From Promethearchaeota archaeon (GTDB lineage: Archaea > Asgardarchaeota > Lokiarchaeia > Sigyniarchaeales > SOKP01), in NCBI GenBank assembly GCA_019058245.1, contig JAHPZJ010000017.1:11134-75133 (forward strand): DNA of 64,000 nucleotides, written 5' to 3'. The translations under genes and the position numbers were made by a program. Below the pieces are notes generated by a model. The model was not told where the DNA came from. It saw only the letters and a list, made by a program, of their open reading frames with translations, and searched no databases. This document shows, one piece after another, positions 59,558 to 64,000 of the stretch; position 1 is the stretch's first letter, and every line of letters starts with the position of its first letter.

Positions 59558-60436
59558 TTAATTATTTAAAATATCTTCTTTACTTTTTTCAATTTTTATC
59601 AAAAGCTTTCCAACAGCTTTATGACTTGTGAGTTGTAGCCATGCTAATAACCAATACCATCTTGGTACAAATACTTCTCTTTTATATTTTCGTGAAGCTT
59701 TCATTACCGTTTTTGCCACATCTTTAACATCCACAAATTTATATAAAAAACCTCGTTTCTGATAATACTCCGCCCATTTTTTCATTCCTGGTGTTGATTC
59801 CCAAAATTTTGTTTTTGCTGGTGCTGAACAGATAGTAATTACTTGAATATTATGGTTTTGCATTCTGAACTCTGATCGAAGAGAATCTGCTAATCCAACA
59901 ACAGCATATTTACTCATTGAGTAAGCCGCCATATTTGGTATACCTGTTTTACCCGCAGAACTTGATGAAAAGATTAGTTGTCCTTCTTTTCGATTTGGAA
60001 ATTTTTTTGATGGAGCTGGGCTACCTATATATGGAAGTGCTGCTTGCAATACTAACCACATACCATCAACATTTATAGACATGATCTTTCGATATTCTTC
60101 AAAAGTTCCTCCATTTGTAATTGAACAAGTAGTTCCTATACCTGCATTATTATATAAAATATCAATATATTGCTCTTTTTCGCCAATATTTTTTATAACA
60201 CGCTCAATTTGTTCTCGATTTGTGAGATCAAATTCATAGCTTTCCACATATTCTGCTCCCAAATCTTTTAATTCCACCTTCAACTTATTTAAAGCTTCAT
60301 TAGGAAGATCTAGTAGATACATTCTCATTCCTAAAGGTGCAAACTGACGACAAACCTCACTTCCGATATCACCAGTTGCTCCTGTTATTACAAATACTTT
60401 ACTTGTATACCATTTCTTTTTCATAATAAAAACCAA
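59558..60436 (-). CDS. Short-chain dehydrogenase/reductase (SDR)
   Basis: ITGATGDIG, NNAG and the YSMSK catalytic motif; start may be ATG 60424. Confidence 0.9.
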   Translation of the reverse strand: MVFIMKKKWYTSKVFVITGATGDIGSEVCRQFAPLGMRMYLLDLPNEALNKLKVELKDLGAEYVESYEFDLTNREQIERVIKNIGEKEQYIDILYNNAGIGTTCSITNGGTFEEYRKIMSINVDGMWLVLQAALPYIGSPAPSKKFPNRKEGQLIFSSSSAGKTGIPNMAAYSMSKYAVVGLADSLRSEFRMQNHNIQVITICSAPAKTKFWESTPGMKKWAEYYQKRGFLYKFVDVKDVAKTVMKASRKYKREVFVPRWYWLLAWLQLTSHKAVGKLLIKIEKSKEDILNN

Positions 60437-60464
60437 ATAACCATTTTAGAGAATAAAATCCCTT

Positions 60465-61184
60465 TTACGTAAAAACTTTAGCTAAATAATTACCACTTTC
60501 TTCTTTATAGAGAATTTTGCATGATAATCCAACTTTTAGAGCACATTCATAAAGAGTCTCAGGATCGATATGTAATAGTTGAAATTTGTCTCCTAATTTC
60601 CCTTTGTATTTCATTTGGCAACCTATTTCACCAATATATCTTCCCAATTTGCGATTTCTTTCATGATATTCAAGATGAATCCGTTTTGTAGTTTGTCGAA
60701 TATCTTTAGAATCGAATAATACCATCCCACTAGGATTTAGGAGAGTTTTACAATAATTCAAAAATCTTTTCATTCCATTCAAGTTCTCTACGAATCCTAT
60801 TGAATTTCCTAAAAGAAGAATTGTGTCAAATGAATTCCTATCTAAATCGTAAATGTTAGAACAGTATACATGTTGAACTCCCCTTCGTTTCATTATTTCA
60901 CACGCATGAGGTGATATATCTAGTGCATGAACCTCCAGACCTAGTTTCTGAAGTTCAAGACTATGTGGTCCCACTCCTGCTCCAATATCTAAAATTTTGC
61001 CCTTACATATTTCTAATGCTTTTTTCTCCAAATTTGAAAAATAATTGGATGTCCTAAAAAAAGGTTGTATAAGAAGCTTAGTTTCTAATCCATCATCTCG
61101 ACAAAAAATAACTTTTGCTCTTTTTTTACCATTATAAAAATCTTTAAGTGCTAAACCAAAAGGTTCCATTGCTTTTTCTGACAT
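60465..61184 (-). CDS. Class I SAM-dependent methyltransferase
   Basis: ILDIGAGVG, LDIS and FDTILLLGNSIG. Confidence 0.88.
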   Translation of the reverse strand: MSEKAMEPFGLALKDFYNGKKRAKVIFCRDDGLETKLLIQPFFRTSNYFSNLEKKALEICKGKILDIGAGVGPHSLELQKLGLEVHALDISPHACEIMKRRGVQHVYCSNIYDLDRNSFDTILLLGNSIGFVENLNGMKRFLNYCKTLLNPSGMVLFDSKDIRQTTKRIHLEYHERNRKLGRYIGEIGCQMKYKGKLGDKFQLLHIDPETLYECALKVGLSCKILYKEESGNYLAKVFT

Positions 61185-61204
61185 TTTTAGTTTAACTTGG
61201 AATT

Positions 61205-61588
61205 CTATTCCCCCTTTTTTACAACACCATTAAAGGAAGAAAATTGATTAAAAATTACTTTAGCATCTCCCTCAATCTTAGCAAAAATATTAACAGGACT
61301 AGCAGCAACAGGTTTATCACCTGAACTTGCAGGGGTAGAACCCCAAAAAATACAGAATCCTTGTCCACTAATCCAGTATCCAACATCTCCAACATCACAT
61401 TCAATCTGAGAGTTTTCTGAAGGAATTGAGACAGGACAATCACCATATAGCTCTTCACCCCATCTGGATAAATTTACTTCAAATGGAAGAGTATCCCAAA
61501 TTGCTTGGCATGTCTTAGGGTTTTTATCAAGTAGTAATTTTGCTTTAATTTTTCCTATCTTCTCATTTTCAATGAAGATATATTCCAT
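61205..61588 (-). CDS. Cyclophilin-like fold protein (DUF369/TM1367 type)
   Basis: PKT..AI...LP, WGEELY, GDVGYW, CIFWGSTP and ASPVN. Confidence 0.85.
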   Translation of the reverse strand: MEYIFIENEKIGKIKAKLLLDKNPKTCQAIWDTLPFEVNLSRWGEELYGDCPVSIPSENSQIECDVGDVGYWISGQGFCIFWGSTPASSGDKPVAASPVNIFAKIEGDAKVIFNQFSSFNGVVKKGE

Positions 61589-61863
61589 ATCAATTCACTC
61601 TAATTTGATGTTAAAAATGAGTAAGATTTCTTATTATTTAAAGAAATATCCTTAAAAAATTTTAAAAAGCAATAAACCTAAAAAAAATTTAAAAAAGAAT
61701 CCTATAAAATATGATTAACTTCAATAGGACTATTCTTCCCGTTCATATAAATAAAACAGACAATCCAGAGTATTAGTATTAAAAAATAAGCATGAAGGAA
61801 AGTGAAAAATAGAAGATTTAAGTTTCTATACAGTAATTATAAGAAAGCTATTAAAAAATAATT

Positions 61864-62880
61864 CTAATAAAAAATAGATGGATTTTTTAGAAAATAAAGA
61901 GTTTTATTGGGAAGATTTTTTCTTAATAAAATCTCAAGTTCTTCTAATTTTAGAATATATTTTGAAACTGTATTTTGATGCATCTTTAAATCTTTTGATA
62001 TTCTATATTTTGGGGATCCATTAGGATTTTTTTTTAGGTAATTAATTATCTTTAGAGTTCTTTCCCTGCCCATAAAATGCAAAATTTTTGCGTTTTCTTC
62101 TGAAAGACTTGAATTATAATAGATCTCTCTATTTTCTACATTAGTTTTTTTAATAAAGTTGAATTTCAGAAGCATGTTTAAATGCCATTTAACTAAAAAT
62201 ATCGACATTCCTAAAAGATTAATAATACACATAAAATGAATTCCTGGATTATTTAAAATTGTATTATATATCTTTAATCGATTAGAATTTTTAAGAACGT
62301 CATCCTGAGTAAGTTTAGAACCATCTACTAAAATATTTTTTTTTATTAAACTATTGATTGCTGTTTGTATACCATTTTTATTCATATATGATTCTGATTT
62401 AGATAATCTAGCATTTAGATATGAAATAATTTTGTTAACTTCTAAAAAACGATTCTTAGAAAGGTATTCTTGAATTAAATTTAACACAAGACACTCTTGT
62501 GCAGAGATTTCTTTATTTATCTGATGATTAACAGCATTTTTTTTAACCTCGTCATTGTCTAATTTTTTGTATTTTTTGATAATAATAGTTAAGGCCGTAA
62601 TAAAGAGGATTGCTCCAAGTGAAAACGCTTCTTTAAATGAATCCTCTATTTGTATTTGAGAGCGTGTAATACCTAAATATATTCCAGAATTAAATTTAGA
62701 TATAAAAACAATATTTTCTTCATTATACTCTATATTTGGTTGAGGTAAATCTTCTAAAATCTCATTCTTATTTGAAAAAATATAACTTTCAGATATTATA
62801 GTTATTGTACTAATAAAGAAAATAACTAAAACTAATAGAGTTTTTAGATTCAGACCCTTTCTCGAATGAGAGATTTTCAT
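61864..62880 (-). CDS. Membrane-anchored winged-helix transcriptional regulator
   Basis: Two N-terminal TM helices; NR.KIY..I..NPGIHF...WHL..L.KF wHTH; a further wHTH at the C-terminus. Confidence 0.75.
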   Translation of the reverse strand: MKISHSRKGLNLKTLLVLVIFFISTITIISESYIFSNKNEILEDLPQPNIEYNEENIVFISKFNSGIYLGITRSQIQIEDSFKEAFSLGAILFITALTIIIKKYKKLDNDEVKKNAVNHQINKEISAQECLVLNLIQEYLSKNRFLEVNKIISYLNARLSKSESYMNKNGIQTAINSLIKKNILVDGSKLTQDDVLKNSNRLKIYNTILNNPGIHFMCIINLLGMSIFLVKWHLNMLLKFNFIKKTNVENREIYYNSSLSEENAKILHFMGRERTLKIINYLKKNPNGSPKYRISKDLKMHQNTVSKYILKLEELEILLRKNLPNKTLYFLKNPSIFY

Positions 62881-63066
62881 TTACAAAAACAATACTATTT
62901 TTTATAATTAAATTAAATCATTGAATATAATTAATAATTAACTCTTAATAAGAGGCAAAATCATATTTTCTTTAAATAATTATCATGTAGCAAAGTGATC
63001 AGTTAATTAAATTAGCATTAATTCTAATTCTATAGCTATGATAAAAATTTAAAAACGTATGAGAAT

Positions 63067-63510
63067 ATGGCAAAAGATAATAAAAAAAATTTACCATCAA
63101 ATCCAATTGAGGCTCAAGGTTTATTAATTAAAGCTATATATAAAAAATTCGGAGAAGAAGCATTGCCTATTATAAAAGAAGTGTGTGGTATGCAAGGAAA
63201 ATCGCTTGGATTAAAAATTAGAAAAAAAATTCCTAATACAAATTTGTCTACAGTAGCAACAGCATTTTCAAAAACTTTTGACCAAAATTCTGTTAAGATA
63301 ATTTCGATATCAGATGATAAGTTCCAGATTCAAGGGAGGAAGTGTCCCTTTGGTCTTGAAAATACATCTAGAGCTTTATGTGAAGCTGTAATGGCTATTG
63401 ATCATGAATACTTTCGCACAGCTACTAATGATAAGATCGAACTTAAAATTCTTAAAACTGTAGCTGGAGGTGACCCTTATTGTGATACCGTTTATAAGAA
63501 AAAAAGTTAA
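63067..63510 (+). CDS. V4R/ATC-hydrolase-like small ligand-binding protein
   Basis: CPFG...LCEAVMAID...KTVAGGDPYC pattern. Confidence 0.65.
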   Translation: MAKDNKKNLPSNPIEAQGLLIKAIYKKFGEEALPIIKEVCGMQGKSLGLKIRKKIPNTNLSTVATAFSKTFDQNSVKIISISDDKFQIQGRKCPFGLENTSRALCEAVMAIDHEYFRTATNDKIELKILKTVAGGDPYCDTVYKKKS

Positions 63511-63536
63511 CCATATTCTTCTAAATCCAATAAATT

Positions 63537-64000
63537 ATGATACTGGAAAAAACTGTTGATCTAGTTAAAAATATTCATCAAGTTCACAAAATCATCCCCC
63601 CTAAAATAATTAAAGTTGTGATTGGACTAGGTTATACTTGTGTAGAGGTTTTTACTTATGCTTATAAAACCTTTTTAGGATTAGCATCAACATTACCAAA
63701 TATAATTTCGAATACAGATTGCAGTAAAATCAATTTTGCTGGTGAACTTACCAATTACTCTCTCAATGAGCTTTTAAGTTGGTCACTTGAAGTACCCAAT
63801 CTTAAAAAAATCATAGGAATCGCAACATTGAATGCTGTTTCTCAACATATATTAAAATTCATGAATCCTTACCAAAAAATTGAAAATAATTTATTATCTT
63901 TCCTTAATATTGATAAAAACACAAGTGTTACTTTTATAGGATTAATCAAGCCACTAATTAGAGATTGTAGTAAAATATCAAAAAAGATTACAATTATAGA
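63537..64000 (+). CDS. DUF4213/DUF364-family protein, partial (runs off the window)
   Basis: MILEKTVDLVK...VVIGLGYTCV...GLASTL...IGIATLNAVSQ...VTFIGLIKPL; frame open to the window end. Confidence 0.7.
   Translation, partial: MILEKTVDLVKNIHQVHKIIPPKIIKVVIGLGYTCVEVFTYAYKTFLGLASTLPNIISNTDCSKINFAGELTNYSLNELLSWSLEVPNLKKIIGIATLNAVSQHILKFMNPYQKIENNLLSFLNIDKNTSVTFIGLIKPLIRDCSKISKKITII

Noticed and set aside
920-61458. Many short antisense or alternate-frame ORFs in the track (e.g. 2131-2379, 9849-10148, 19633-20007, 27710-28045, 53691-54077, 57255-57644)
   Set aside because: They overlap well-supported genes and have no recognisable motifs; treated as shadow ORFs.
61700-61835. Hydrophobic minus-strand frame (LYRNLNLLFFTFLHAYFLILILWIVCFIY...)
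   Set aside because: No convincing start codon or SD, and T-rich intergenic DNA produces such frames by chance.

Overview
Very AT-rich, gene-dense archaeal DNA, most likely an Asgard archaeon of the Lokiarchaeia type. This is an inference from an SDS22-like LRR protein, an SCP2 protein, multi-PAS histidine kinases with the FYKDLFxHDINN H-box, membrane-anchored wHTH and DUF4097 proteins, GGAG/GGTG SD motifs and oligo-T terminators. I see no rRNA, tRNA, CRISPR array or transposase. Two metabolic blocks dominate. (1) 1.6-22.5 kb: glutamate dehydrogenase, aconitase, fumarase C, a two-subunit ATP citrate lyase and an isocitrate dehydrogenase-family enzyme. (2) 37.3-49.7 kb: an arginine/proline cluster with an arginine synthetase (ArcE)-like P-loop protein, ornithine carbamoyltransferase, carbamate kinase, ornithine aminotransferase, a PdhA-F-X fusion plus PdhB proline dehydrogenase-like complex, and an aldehyde:ferredoxin oxidoreductase. 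The best candidate for an undescribed system is the inferred route Arg/Pro -> glutamate-5-semialdehyde -> (AOR, ferredoxin) glutamate. Features the ORF track misses: a pair of PadR-type operators; a decayed response regulator after the third PAS kinase; a 54-aa, 10-Cys double desulforedoxin-like mini-protein; repeated SD-led ATT/ATC/ATA start codons; a RelA/SpoT-like ORF overlapping a -1-frame longin-like tail at an A-AAT-TTA heptamer; and a single gene bracketed by 43-bp palindromic direct repeats. All function calls come from motif recognition, not from database searches.
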